Of a stretch of DNA of 64,000 nt, positions 38,966-52,917 are shown piece by piece. Position 1 is the stretch's first letter, and each line of letters begins with the position of its first letter. The DNA lies in assembly GCF_024521635.1 (NCBI RefSeq), contig NW_026250412.1, positions 496,001-560,000 on the forward strand, read 5' to 3'. A program made the translations under genes and the position numbers. This DNA comes from Tricharina praecox (taxonomy: Eukaryota). A model generated the notes under the pieces. The model made no database searches. It saw nothing but the letters and a program-made list of their open reading frames with translations, and had not been told where the DNA came from.

Positions 38966-41900
38966 CGAAAGAGTCGCGTCGAGGGCTCTGCCTATCCGCC
39001 TGTCTGTCTGTGTGCCCACCTGCGGGCGGTGCGGCGATGGTAGGTACCACGTGCGCCAGGGAGTGTGCCGGGCAGGCAGGCGGACGGGCGGGGTCAGGGT
39101 CGGGGTCTGTTTCTCGAGCGCCCCCTCGCACGCGCGGATATAGAGTATACCCACCTCGTTAACGACATACGCCAGGGCCAGGGCGCGGACCAGGTCTGGC
39201 CCTGCCCCGTTCACGTCGTGCGCGAAACATCATCATCGCACATGCCACCCCCGTCGCAGACTCGCAGCGCCGCCGGACATCGTCGGTCCGCTTCCGCTTC
39301 CGCTGTCTGTCTGTCTGCCTTTCCCATGGCCATGGGCACTTTTCGTTCCGCGCGCGCTCTAGACCCTCAGTTGCTCCCCCTGCCTGCCTGCCTACCTGCC
39401 TGCGGGCCTGCCGCATCGACTCGCCGCGCGCGCGCACGTACATAGAAAAGTATGTAGAGTACTTACGGGCGGGATTCGGGAGCTTGTCGTGCGACTTACA
39501 CATGTGCTGGATGGGACTTGGATACGACTCGGGTATGCAATGCAGTCGCCAGTGCAGTGTCATGGTCATGGCGATAGAGAATGTCAACTATGGGGGCAAG
39601 GGGTAACTAACCTCGATAATTATCTACATGTGATTGCGGCGGAGTGGAGAGTGGAGAGTGGAGAGTGGAGAAGGGCGAAGGGGGAAGGGCAGTTACGGCC
39701 TCCAAAGTGCGGGCGGCTCGCGTTCCGGCCGGCAGATCGCCGTGGTAAAGTGCAAGGGATTGGGGAGGGGGGAGGGGGGAGAGGGACGACGACGTCAGAC
39801 CGCCAGGGTGCGGCGACGTCAGGGCGCTTCTCTCTCTGGCTGGAAGCTGCACGGTGGACCCTCATGACGGAGGAGGCTTACACAGGGCCTAGACCAGCGG
39901 GAAGGAATCGGATCATCCGCCGGAACCCCCGATGGAAACTCAATTCCCCTTCGCGCTCGCTCGCTCGGAAGGGGGATGGGAGGGAGGGGTTCGGTCGTCA
40001 CGTCATCGTATCCCCGTATCTCCGGCCCCGACGACGACGAGGTCTCTTCTTTGCGCAACCAACCAACCAACCAAACCACAACGCGTTCAAGACAATCTCG
40101 TGTTTTTTCCCCTCCAGGGTTTCGACTCTCCAACGTACTCTACCGTAGTTACTCTAGAGTACCTAGTGCTGTCTCGTCTCGTTATCCGATTACCATTTTC
40201 CAATGAGTAGAAGGAACCACGAATGGGAATTCGAAGCTCGAAACTCCAACAACACAGCACAGCTCGGGAGTTATCGTTTTTTCACTCCCCCCCTCGTACC
40301 TGGCCCCAGTCCCCGCCGTCGGCAGTTGTGTGTATTGGTACGTACCTAGTGCTGTGCTTCTCAATCTCCGTCCCATCCAGCATGGCAGCATCCAGCATCC
40401 ATCCACGGTAACGTGGCGATCCGGATCCGCGTCGACTCGTTCGTTTCAGGAGGTGGAGGTGAAAGTTGGTTCGTTGGTGCCCAGTGCCCATCATAGTGGC
40501 GGCGGTGGTGGGATGATTTTTCCCCACCAATATTGCGGAGCTGTCTTCAGGTCCAGTTCAGGACTTGGAGAGGGGGGGCGGGGGCGGGGGCCTAAGGAGG
40601 GGGGGGGGCGGACCCACAAACTTTTGCCAATTTATGGAGAGTACCGGGGGGTGGGTGGGCTTGGTGGGAGATTGAGACTCGAGAGTCCAACTGAGAGATG
40701 CATCCAACAACTTACATACAAGCGATAAGCGACAACCGAGAAGAACGAGAAGACTCAAGAGCGAGTGCGCAATAGTTATCTAATGGAGAACGTTTTCCAA
40801 GTCAGTCCGCAAGGCATGTGTGCTCACTGGTATCCATAATCCATGTGCCGGTACCAGTAGTTTGTTCCAAGGCCCAGGGTGTCATAACCTTGGAAGGGAA
40901 ACGGCGAAAATGAAAGGATGATAGAAAAGTTGAGATTCTGTTCAATTTCGAAGAGCCATCTCATCTCATGGCTCTCCTCCGTTGCCTACATAGGCACAAC
41001 GTTCGGTGCCACCCGATCAGACTAGCCCCTCATCATATCTTATCTGATCCCCTGTCCATCGAACATATCGCTCCTCATGGTGGTGGCAGACACCACAAAG
41101 CCCAAGTGCCAAAGTGCTAGTAGTTGAAGAGCGGATACATATCGGTATCGGCATCGGCATCGATCCGCCGTGTCCGATTCCGAAGCCCGGTTTTGGTACG
41201 CCGCATAGATATCGATATCGACATCGGATCGCATCACTAGTCAATTACTAGTCTCATAGCTGTTTCCCCACCACCATCACCAAACAAAAAAGCAATTATC
41301 AACTTGATCTCCGGGACGGGTAACATCGCCATCGGCGGCCCCGGTCCTGGTCCTGGTCCTGGTTCTGCGAGCTCGTTTATCCATCATCCCCATGTATCTA
41401 TCTAGCGGTCTTTTGTTTGTTTTTTTGTTTTTTTGGCCCTTGCCACCTACCACCTGCCACCTGCCGTATGTATGTGCGGATACATGGAGTTCAGCTGGTG
41501 GAAAACGCCGGTCGTTTTTTTGAGGGAGGAGGGAGGAGGGAGGAGGGAGGAGGAGGAGGGAGGAGGGAGGAGGGAGGAGGAGGAGGGAGGATGGAGGGAT
41601 GGGGGTTATGTCACATTTTTTTTGTTTCGAACTTTCGAGCTTATGCATCTTAGGTGGTGGTGGTGGTGGGATGGGATGTGATGTGATGGTGCGCGGACAA
41701 AGATGATAGATCTGGAGTCTGGAGATGCGTATATTTGATGCGAGATTTATGAGGCTAAATTATGGGAAGTATGTACCATACTATACACGAGTCTCACTAT
41801 CCACCCACCAGCAGTGCAGGTCCATCCGTGGACCGTCAATATCAATTCCTCGGTGCAATTTTGGAATTTGCAAACGGCCGACTCCGAGCAACTTCTCTCC

Positions 41901-44900
41901 GTCGTCGTAACTGCCACCGAAGGATATTGAGAACGACCCCAGAGCCGACCAACTTCCAAGTGTCCCCGGATCGGGAGTGCGGTCTGCAATGCCGGCGAAG
42001 AATCAAGATGAGCTGTACCGCGTAGCCTGGCCGCTGGCCGCAGGTCTGGCCGATATCATACATATCATACATACCTCATACATATCATACGTACATGCAC
42101 AACGACACCGTTCAACGACGTGGCCGGTTCGATGCACAGTTACCTACGGTACTGCATTGATATCCACCTGCCAGGCTGCCACCAGTGCGTCGGAGACGTC
42201 ACACCATCACACGTGTGGCCACGGGTTCGTCGTGGGTCGTGACAACTGGCATGTATGTATGTATGTAGTACTACATATATCGGCACCAAGAAGACTGTAG
42301 TCTGTAGGTACAAGGTAGGTCTCCGGGCTCGTGCTTGCTGGGGTGGGATGGTGGGGGGGGGGGGGGGGGGGGGGTATTCCGGATATCTCTTCGGCAGCAG
42401 CGGCAGCGGCAGCAGCACTGTTGGCATTGCAGTAGATTCCCCTAAAAATCTCCTCGACCGGTAGGTATTTCATACGGCCGTATGGTAAGTAGTTACACTA
42501 CGAACCAGGCACGCTGCCTGGTTTCCACGGTACCGGTACCGTAGGACGATGGTGGGACGACGGTGTATTTTCCAGCTACGGACCTACGATATGTATTTCC
42601 CCACTGGTAGAGCTGAGGCTCGAATCCTCGAATCCCCAGGTTGGTCGGGCGGGGGTTTCGTCTGGTCTAGGTACTCGAGTAGTAGTACCGACGATTCCAC
42701 TGTCACTGACTCACTGTCATACGGTTGCCTGTAGTCTGGGTCTTGTAACAGAGGATCACCGTGGCCAGGGGCGGGTTGAAGACTCTGTCGTAGTTGGAGC
42801 TCCAGTCCGCTCCTGGTCCTCGTCAGTCCTCGGTCCTCGGGACTCGATGTCGAAATAAGGTTCGTCCCAACTCCCGTGCCTTGACGAAGTGCAAATTACA
42901 GTTGTTACTCGTGCCAAGCACGGGTTACTACATAGGGTGCTTACGGTACTTGTTCAGCGCGATCTGGATCCGCTGCCGTGGTTGAAGTTTGAACCGTGGT
43001 TAAACCGTGGCCTCTTCCTGCCTGTTTCCTGCTGCCTAGTTTTGTGTGAGCCACAATTTTGTTTGCGGGGGGTGAGCCACTGGAAGAGTGGCTTGTTTTT
43101 CCTTTGCCCAGGTAGCCAAGGCTATATACTTGGGCAAGTATGGTACATACGGATATTTCGGGAATCCGCCGGTTGAGTACCGAGTATCGAGTCACGAGTG
43201 TCCGTGAGCGATCGTTACCTACTCGAGTAGTCGGCGTGGTTCTGTGTGACTGGTACTGGCACTGGCACTGCACATTTGAAGCCTGTATGTAGATCGTAGG
43301 ATTGTATGTACATTATACATAGGATCGTATAATCTCATCCGCTCCAAAAAAATATCGTCATGTACAGACTTTAACCGTAATCTGGTACGTATACATCCCA
43401 TACCATCTCCTCCGCTCGGTCTTGCCTCCAGACCAACAACAATAATTCATTCAGCTTCATAAATCGTAACCATCCCCCTGTGCCCTCCTCCCTCCCAGCG
43501 GGACTTCTGCGTACGATAGCTGTACATACTAGCCAGCTGTCCCAGCATCAGCCTCAGCATAAACCCTCACCACTCACCGCATGCCCACTTCGTCCGGTCC
43601 GTATCTCAGATCTGGCGATTCCCTCCCTCGCACTCCCTCCCTTCGCACTCACACGGACACGAGCACTCGCATTCGTACCGACACGGGTATCTGCGGCTCC
43701 AGTTCCACGTCCCACGTCCTTCCTAGGCTTCTACCTAGAGTAGCCGGCAACCGGGAGGCAGAAACGCAAGCTCATATTATCACATATATCCACTAGTACA
43801 TAGTACTGTATCGATCTGTCAACTGCAAATGTGGAATTGAGTTCAATCTGCCCTGCTAGTATGTACCGTAGAGTAATCGCAGATAGATAGCCCCCCCTCC
43901 CACCCTTTAGTATTTGCTAGGTAGTAAATCATGCGGTTGCACCGAGGGACGGAGACGGGGGTAGGTAGGATACGGTGTGTAGATATCTGTAGGTGTAGAT
44001 ATCTGCAGGTGTGAGTGTGAGTGTGTGTGCACTATGTGTGTGCACTGTGTGTCTGTCTGTCTGCCTCTTTCGTGTCACAAACCTCATCTGCAGGAAAGTG
44101 TGTTCCCTCCCCCATCCCCCCAGTTCGTACCCCCTACAGCTCGTGATCAATCCCCCTGCTCTCCAGCCAGAGAGCTAGATAGAGAGCTAGAGATAAAGCA
44201 TCGCATCGCATCGTGTCGTGATCGCGATAACGCCTCAATCCCTCCCTGCCTCCCTCAATCCCTCCCTCAATCCCTCACATTTCTGGAGTATTTCTCCAAG
44301 CTTCCAGCAAGTGTGTCCTAACTACTCCTGCAGTTGGAGTTGCAGTTGGAGTTTTTGCGAATTACCATTCAGCCTGCGTGGGTTCTTGTGCTTGTGTTGC
44401 GCGCATTCTTTGGGGGATGGAGGGGGGGCTCTTTATGCCTCAATTGTAAGTGGTTGCAAGTGGTTGCAAGTGGTTGCAAGTGTGAGGTGTGTGAATCCTG
44501 GCTGTTCATTGGCTGCCGCTGCTGCTGGTTACTAGTAGTTTTTAGTTATTAGCTAGGCCGGGGGAGCTGAGATGTTTTGTCTCTCTCTGTTCTCTGTTCT
44601 CTATTCGGTTAGTTGCTTGTTAACTATTAGTTAGAATAGTAGGCCCCAGCTTGGCCCCAGCTTGGCGGGCGACTTGGAAAGAAAGAACTGGGGCCGAACT
44701 TGAACTCCCCAAGCTAGAGTAGAGGAGAGTAGAGTAAAGCTAGAGTAAAGCTCCCGATCATCACTTTTCGTTCATTTGTAGTTATATCCAACCCAGCTCA
44801 GAGCTCAGAAAGTGGCCCCAACTCAGCATTCGCACTCGCCCTCCGCGTGCTGCTCTATTATTAGCCAATTGTCTGTCTCTCGAGTCTCGCAGGCATCAAG

Positions 44901-47070
44901 GTACCGTATACCTGGTATGCATATGTATCAAATGCATCATATGTATCACACTCTACAGAGAATATAGCACGTCTTCCAGGAGGCTGGAGCGATCAACATC
45001 GCCGACGACGACAACTGATGGACAGACATATTGTTTGTTTCACCCACCGGCGGCACCGATTGTTGCTGCTGCTGCTGCTGCTGCTGCTGTCGTTTCTCCT
45101 GCTGCTCCAAGCGATATGTTTAGGATGTATGTACATACCAGGTACCAGGTATATAGAAATGTCTCGTATCGGTCAGCTATCGATTATCGTTATCGGTCAG
45201 CGAGACAGCGAGACAGCGCGAGAGTCCGGGTTACATCTTGTAGAGTACATGCCATTCGTTTTGTTTCGCAGAGCACAAGGAGCACGAGGAGGTTGGATAT
45301 TGCGTCCAAACTGGGAAGGCCCGGTGATTAGAAGAAAAAAATTAAAAAATAAGAGAGACATCGAATCCGCAGCAGTGGCATGGGGAGCCGTTGGACCCGA
45401 GCGGATTTTTGGGGTGCGATTGCGAATGTTCGGCCGGCTGGCCGGCAGGCCCGAGACGTGGACGTGATGGTTACGCACTGCCACGATATGGTGTCGGTGG
45501 AAACAATCTTCCCATTCGCACATCCCACCCACCACGGTCCCTATATCATCCTCTTCCTACGCTGATGGTATAGATTCGACGTCCACGGGCTACCGTATAG
45601 GCCATTAGCTATGGACCATAAGCTATGATACGAACTACAAAGATCTGCGCGATCCCGCCATCGACTGCAACCATCCCCCATCCATCCGGCTATCATATCC
45701 ACCCTACCGGCTGATCCTGGTCATCCTGGTCGCCACGCGACGGCTCGCTTAGGGATTTAGGTTCACTCGCTCGCTCGCTCTCGGCGATGGTCGGCGAGCG
45801 CGAGGGTCGTTGCGACGGGAAACGGAAAGGGAAGGGAAGTGAAGTGAAAGGGAAGTGAAGGGGAAAGTGCAAATGTCTCTGTGCGTAGGTATGGGGCTGG
45901 CATAGACATGTAGAGATTTGAGATGTGGTGAGGGATTGCGGAGCGAGGATTATATAGCAAAGTGGGAACTTCAATTGAAGCCTTCCACACCCCCGCCATC
46001 ATCGAACGCCCGACCTCGAGGATGTAGGTATGTCGGAACCACCCGGCCAACATGTATCACTCTCCCAGGTAAGTACACGGCCTCCGCCGATGAGTGATGA
46101 AGTTTCGTAACCAAGCCGTAGGCCGTGGCTTTCCATGCGATCACGTCAACAGCCAACTCTCAGTCGTCTCAGTCGTCTCAGTCGTCTGAGTCGTCTCAGT
46201 CGTCTGTCGTCGAGGCTAGAACTCAGGCCACCAGGCCACCAGGGGCAGAAGCACACGAAGGTTTGACCCAGGATGCGGGAGAAAGCTCACAACCAGCTAG
46301 GTATGCTAGGTATGCCATGTATGTACATATGTCCTTCTTGTGCGTTAATGTGTACCATACATACCATACATACCACACAAAGAGTAGGAAGCCCCGCTCC
46401 CGCGAGGAATCGCCCGATGGATGTTGGCGATCAGATCCCTCGACCCCGCATGAAGTGAAGTGCGCGAACGAAGTTCGTCGAATTCATTCCACCGAGTCGA
46501 GCTAGGTATGTAGGCAAGCAAGTGGCTAGTACCTAGTAATAGTTGGTTATGCCACAGAATAGTAAAAGCAAAACGATGAGTGCTTTGTTTGTTCGTCGGT
46601 CCCAAGCACTGCAGTGCGTTTCACGTTTCCTGTAGGTAGGTATCTAGGGTTCCAAGGAGCCTTCGACATCCAACATTCCCGGACCTGGCCACCGCCTCGT
46701 TGGGGCGTACATAAAGCAAGTATTTACCCAAGTATCTGTGCACTTATGTAATTCCCGGACAGTCCGGGGAAACGTGCTGGGGTGGGGAGGTTGGGTCCCG
46801 TCCTCCGGCACCTGCGCTGCTGCGGTGCGATGCGCGCTTGTGAGGGAGTGGGAGGGGGGGAAGGTTGGAAATTAGCGGACCAGGGCACAGCTCGCCTACA
46901 CATTCCCAGCGCCAACACGAACACACGAACTCGCATTGAAAAGCTGCGTGCATGAAAGTTGAAAGCTGTGAGTGATCGCATGCGCGTAGATCGACGGGCC
47001 GAGACAGTCCCAAAGTCGTCATGGCCGCAGTAGTTAGTTGGACGCCGAATGGGCGGCCCGAAAGTCAAGG

Positions 47071-47134
<64 letters not shown>

Positions 47135-47135
47135 G
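47071..47135 (+). repeat. (GACA)n tetranucleotide microsatellite, about 16 copies
   Basis: Read directly. Confidence 0.95.
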
Positions 47136-50100
47136 GTGAAAGCAAGGAATCGGTCGACTCGACTCGACATGGGCCCCCACAGCCCATCCGCTGTGGCCAT
47201 GGAATATGCCTGCGGAGAGAGAGAAGGACGTGTAGGTTGATGTAGGAGACTGGCATGCGTCTGTATGTAGGGTAGGGCATCATCGTGTGTCGATAGATAA
47301 TAGTGGTTGTGGTGATGGTGGTGGTGATGGTGGTGAATGTGGTGAATGTGGTGGGTGCTTGGCCTGTTCAGTGCACGTGCGTGGGCGGTGCGTCCCCAGT
47401 TGCGATATGCTGGTTTTTTAGGGCGTGCAATGCGATAGTTACAGCAGGCTGCATGCTGGTCGCTGTTGTTGGTTGTTGATATGTGACCCTCCATCCCGGT
47501 CCCAGCAGTGATGGTGGTGGTGGAGGCGGTGGTGGTGGTGGGAAATCTTGGGATGAATACGTGTGGCTTTGTGAGGCGCAGGCCCGCAGTTGCGTGGCCC
47601 TCAACAACGCCGCCGGTCGAGACGGAGGATCCCTGTACAGCTGAGAAATAGTAGGCTGCATGAGTAGTCAAGCAAGTACCTAGGCCGGGTGTAGCTGGCG
47701 CTGGCGACTCGGAAGCCTCACTGCTTGATTCCTTGGTATCCCGGCACCATCGCTCCACCAGCCAGGCTTTCGGATGGCCGTTGAGGTCTTGCTGGTCCGC
47801 CCTAGCTTCCCTGCATCGCTCGCTCGTCAGGCGGGGCACCCAAGCACGCAAGCCACACTTGTCGTATGGAGTGGAGTGGAGTGGAGTGGGTAGAGTAGAG
47901 TACAATAGAGTACAGTAGAGTACGGTAGAGTACGGTAGAGTCGCAGGTAACTGAGCAGTAGTCATTCACGTCGCACACACGAAGGAGGGAGTGTGCTATG
48001 CCAACATCGCTCTCGTCCTCATCATTCATGCACCGCCAACTCCGAATGTCTGTCCGTCAGTCTATCGGTCTGATGTGTATGAGCAAGCAGCCAGACACAC
48101 AGGCAGGCAGGCACGCAAGCAGGCAGGCAAGCAGTCGCAACGGAAATCGTTCCGCAATAGACGTGTCCAAGCTACGGCGCACATCTGTGGAGGTTGCGCC
48201 TGCGCTCCCAGATGGACTCATGGAGTAGAGCATGTAGGTGAGTAGAGTGAGTAGGTAGGTGAGGAGGTATGACTCCCTGCAAGTTCGATCGCAGAACTGT
48301 AGAGCAGAGTACTCTAGAGCACCAGCACCAGCACCGTATCTTCGCAGAACGCAGAACGCTGCACGTTCGCCTGCCAACTGCAACGTTTCCTTTGCTTTCG
48401 TGCCTTGCGCGTGCCGCAACGAAATGGGTGTTTTTCCCAACTACGTATGTGGATGCTGGACTTTCGCCACCCCATATCGAGCCTCTCGTGCATCTCCCTT
48501 CGGCGAACTGCAACCCTCCTCACTAAAGGAAAAGGAAAAGGAAAAGGAAAGGGATTTCGGTAGTTGCCACCGAGAGCTCTTATTCGCGCCCGCATTCGTT
48601 GCCAAACCGTGGATCCGATTCGACGCGCACCGAGTGTATCGAGTAAGTAGGTACATTGTGTACAGACACTCCTAACCCATGTTCCTGCGACACCTGAGGT
48701 TGGTTTGGTTTCGGCGGGTTTTATCGCTATCTATCCGTAATCGATAAAGACGAATGGAGTACGTACGGTAGCCGGCCGTGGCTAGAGCATGTAGAGCATG
48801 CGGTGTGCTCCCACTCCATGTAGATATCTGCTCTATGCATAGGTCAGTAGGCAGTTGGGTGGTTAGTGTAGGTAGAGTAGGTACGGTACATACCATACAT
48901 AGACCCAACATGTTACTCTGGGCTTGCTGGGTGCTGGGTAAACAAGCACGGCCCCGGACCTGTCTTAGGGGATTCGCGAGCTCGAACCGGAAAATAGCTA
49001 CCGAGCTAACCAGAGCATAGTAGGTACCATACAGTAGAGTACATATCGAGCTCCCGTACATGACCTGTAACGGATCTACCACAGTCAGAATTCAATTATA
49101 TCTTTTTCGTGGTATGGATCTATATTACGTGGAGCAGCAGGAGAAATCGAGTGTTGTATGATATGTGTGTTCGTGTGTTCGTGCACGCACCGTAAACAAC
49201 AACAACAACACCACCTCTCCGCCAGCCTCGTTGTCGTCCGAGATTTTAATTATCACCGCTTCAGTTGCCGCCCAACTGACGTGTCCGCGCGAAAATGTGC
49301 TATGTAGAGTACGTGATGACATAGCAACGTCACGTATTGTTTACTTCTTTCTCCATGAGTGTTCCAAAGCATCCAGAGCGTGGTGAGGCGGTAGTTATCC
49401 TCGACAACGACGACAGCGCGACCGAGCGCGCGCCGCAAGGGTAGTCGTGGTGTTGGTGATGATGATGATGGTGGTGGTAGTCGTGGTCGTGGTGATGATG
49501 ATGATGATAGTGTTGAGGATACCTACGCAGCGCAGCGAGGTATGCGGGTCAACTGAGGCGCAGCGCCGCAGCAGAGAACCGAGCTGGCTGGACCAAGGCT
49601 TCCATCCATTCCAGCGGGACTGTTGTTCTGCGCCAGCAGACGCCCGCCCGCCCCGCCCGCCCCGCCCCGTCAACCGTCGGAGGAAAGAAAGAAAGAAAGA
49701 GCGAAATAAAGAAAGCCAAAGAACGTGACCGCCCCGAAAGAAGCCTCGATTGCCGTTTCATCGGGATCCGAAACCCACCCCACGGCAGCAAAGGAGGGGT
49801 GTGACGCGCGGCGGAAGCATTGGTGAACGATGCGAAGGAAAGAAAAGAAAAGGGTTGATGTCGGGTGCGAGCGAGGGCGAGGGCGAGAGCGGGCAGCGGA
49901 GGGTTGGGTGGAATACCCACACACAGTAAGTGCATTGCCTGCAGGCTCTCTGCAGCGGCGTGCATGCTCGACTTAAACCAGATATATGGGATGTTCGGTT
50001 CTGCAGGAGATCGAGCGGGGCGGAGGGAAGGGAGCGAGGTGAGTAAGGTAAGTTCTGTGGACGTCGGCGTGGGTCGTGGGTCGTGGTCGAGGGTTTCGTC

Positions 50101-52917
50101 CTTGACTGCCCGCCGCTATGCTAGTGGGGGCCGACCGACCGATAGACCGACCGTCCGACCGCCCCGCCTGCCTGCCTGCCCTACCGTGGCTACTGGCCAG
50201 ACGAGACATCATGACTATTTTTTGAATATTCTGCACCTCGAGAGATGTAGGTCTGATACTCTAGGTACGGTATTTCACCCTCAGCTGCCTTACTACTAGT
50301 ATTGATGTACATCAACGCCGTGCGGACGGAGCGCCTGGACATCAAGTATCCGACTGCTATTTTGTAAGTACCTTTGCACTCGGCCAGTCCTTCTGCGGCC
50401 GGAAATTGAGCGGGACCGCTGCATCCGAGTATGCCCGCTGGTGCTGAGTGGCTCTCCGTAGCGATTTCGCTCGTGGTGGTGCCTTATGGGTAGAGCAGGT
50501 AATGCCGTCGCTCGTCGCTGCGACTCCAGCTCCCATGATTGCCGGTATGGCCCCGTACCGTACCGTCCCTACTCTAGAGTCAAATGCTCTGGTCTGGCCA
50601 TGTAAGCTAGTTGAAGTATGTAGCGCTTGTCACGCGACTTGCAGCCCGCAGTAACTGCCTGACTTGACGGACTGCCCACCTGCATTGCTGCCGACGGCGA
50701 TTGGATGTACATCCTTCCGCCCTTCCATACGGGAATCGGAACCGCACCGCACTGCACTGCACCGCAGGAACGAAGCAACCCAGCGGCGAGCTGACGTTGT
50801 GGTCTGCTGCACCGCAGCTGAGCAGCACAAAGTCAACGGCTCTAGGTACTCTACTATAATCGCCACAACACAGCAGCAACCCCCCCTCTCCAGAACCAAG
50901 TATGACGACGTCCGACGCACCGCGTGCACATCTCCTCGCTATCTGTCTGTTCACCACCTTGACGTCGACGTATCGTGAAATGCACGATGATGAAGTCGAA
51001 CGGTGTAGTAGTGGGGGAGGGGGAGGGAGATAGCACGCGGGGAGCAGCAAGCAGGAGACGTGCCGACCGGCGATACCTAGGTCTTGCCCGTCAAGCTACC
51101 CCTCTCTTGCTCTTCGCGCCCGCGCTCCCATCATGCCCTACCTGCGATTTCTCCTCCCGGACCCATCGGTGACTCGGTCACAAATCGGTGACTCGGCCTA
51201 TTCCATTTCCACACTAGTCGGCACTGGGGCAGGGGTTATCCGCAACCTCACTTCAGTTGTCATCCAATCACAACCCATTCCTTCCAAACAAGGGCTGATC
51301 GAAACACAAGACTTCAGCGAATCGATTGTTGGATTCGCCACGTGAATGTCTGCGTCCGAGCTGAGGGAAAGAGAAGAGGGGGGTGGGGACACTACCTAGG
51401 GTGCTAGGTCCTCCGTGAACCCATCTGGTGCGGAAAAATCATCCCAGAGCACCGCCTTTTCCTATGTATGCCCAAGGGTCAGGAACGACGGCGGGATGCT
51501 AGAGGTGGAGTATCGAAATTGATGGGCGGAAAGCCCTTTCCAGCCGCCCAGCCGCGCCCTCCGATCAGGCACGGAAAGACTCTGACCTACAGTAGCGATA
51601 CCCTCCTGTCACCGCAACTCGTATCTGGCTCACCATCCCCCCCCCCCAGCCCAGTAAGATTGGGGGCCTCAAGATTACATACCGCCGAGAGAGACTCTGC
51701 AGGTACGGGATAGTTGCAGTAGGAAGGGCATACATATCGGGCCCTCGATAGGTCGACGATGAGGCGGCGCGGTGGTGTCAACCAAATACCGCCTGCAGGG
51801 CGAGGGAGTGCATGAGGGGGAGGGGAAGAGGAGGAGGAGGGGAAGGAGGACTAGGAGGAGGAGTGGGTGCTAGAGATGGTGGTTGTGGTTGTGGTGGTGG
51901 TCATGGACTCATGGTGGTGGTCATGGTGGTCATGGTGGTGGTGGTGGTGGTTGTGGTGGGGATGGAATGTCTTTGCGCCACTGGGATGATGATTGATCGG
52001 TCCGTTGCCAGAGACCTGGGTTGCTTGGACTCACTGATATTGACTTTTAACCGTATTTGGATGCATCTGCATTCCATACCGATATCGACTGAACAAGCCC
52101 GAGCGGCGATGGATGGATGGATGGATGGATGGATGTGTGAAACGGGAGCTTGTGCTCACATCTCTGTCGCCGCTCCGAGTGTGTTTCACTTTCCTGGTTT
52201 CGGTAGCTCCACCTGCTCTGCTGCTGCTGTAGCGTTGCTGTGTTCTCCGGAGCCTAGCCTGGCCCCAGCCTGCAAATTGCTCGCTCGCTCGCTGCCTCTT
52301 CCTCCGCCTCGACGCCAAAAGAAAAATGAGGGGTACTCTCTTCTGCAAGAGCCGATGATTCGGGCGCAATCCGTCCCATACCCTGTGTGTTCGTGTGGTC
52401 GGGGGGAGGGGGGGTGTGAGGAGGAGGGGGGGGATCTAAGCTGCAGGGCATGGGTTCCCGAACGTCGACAGGCGAGAGCAACGATCGCTACCACCCACAC
52501 TCTGCCTTCCGGAATCCATGTCCTACATACCGGTGGCCCGTGTGGGACTTTATAAGAACCGCGACCTGTCCCTCACCGCCACTGCCCTCAACCCTTCCAT
52601 TCTCGGCTTATTTACACACTCTCTTCTGGATAACCTCAAGTCGATATATCAACACCACCGATCTCACCACCACCACTACCACCACCACCACCATCATCAC
52701 CATCGTCATCATCACCACCATCCCCGTTCCTTGCTCTTAACTCAAGTCCTTTCGTTTTCACCTACCTGCGGTCTTGACCGACTGTTACTGCGTTACTCGC
52801 CCCGCCGGGCATACTGAACTGGACTTCTTGGCACTTGACTGAAGACTCCCAACGACTCTTCGCCTTTCTCGAATTTGCCCCCCCCAACGTGCATGATCAT
52901 CGGCATCCCTCCGCTTT

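Noticed and set aside
46724-47965. 413-aa minus-strand ORF
   Set aside because: Built largely from microsatellites ((CLSV)n, poly-His, poly-Thr) with no domain-like segment or codon bias.
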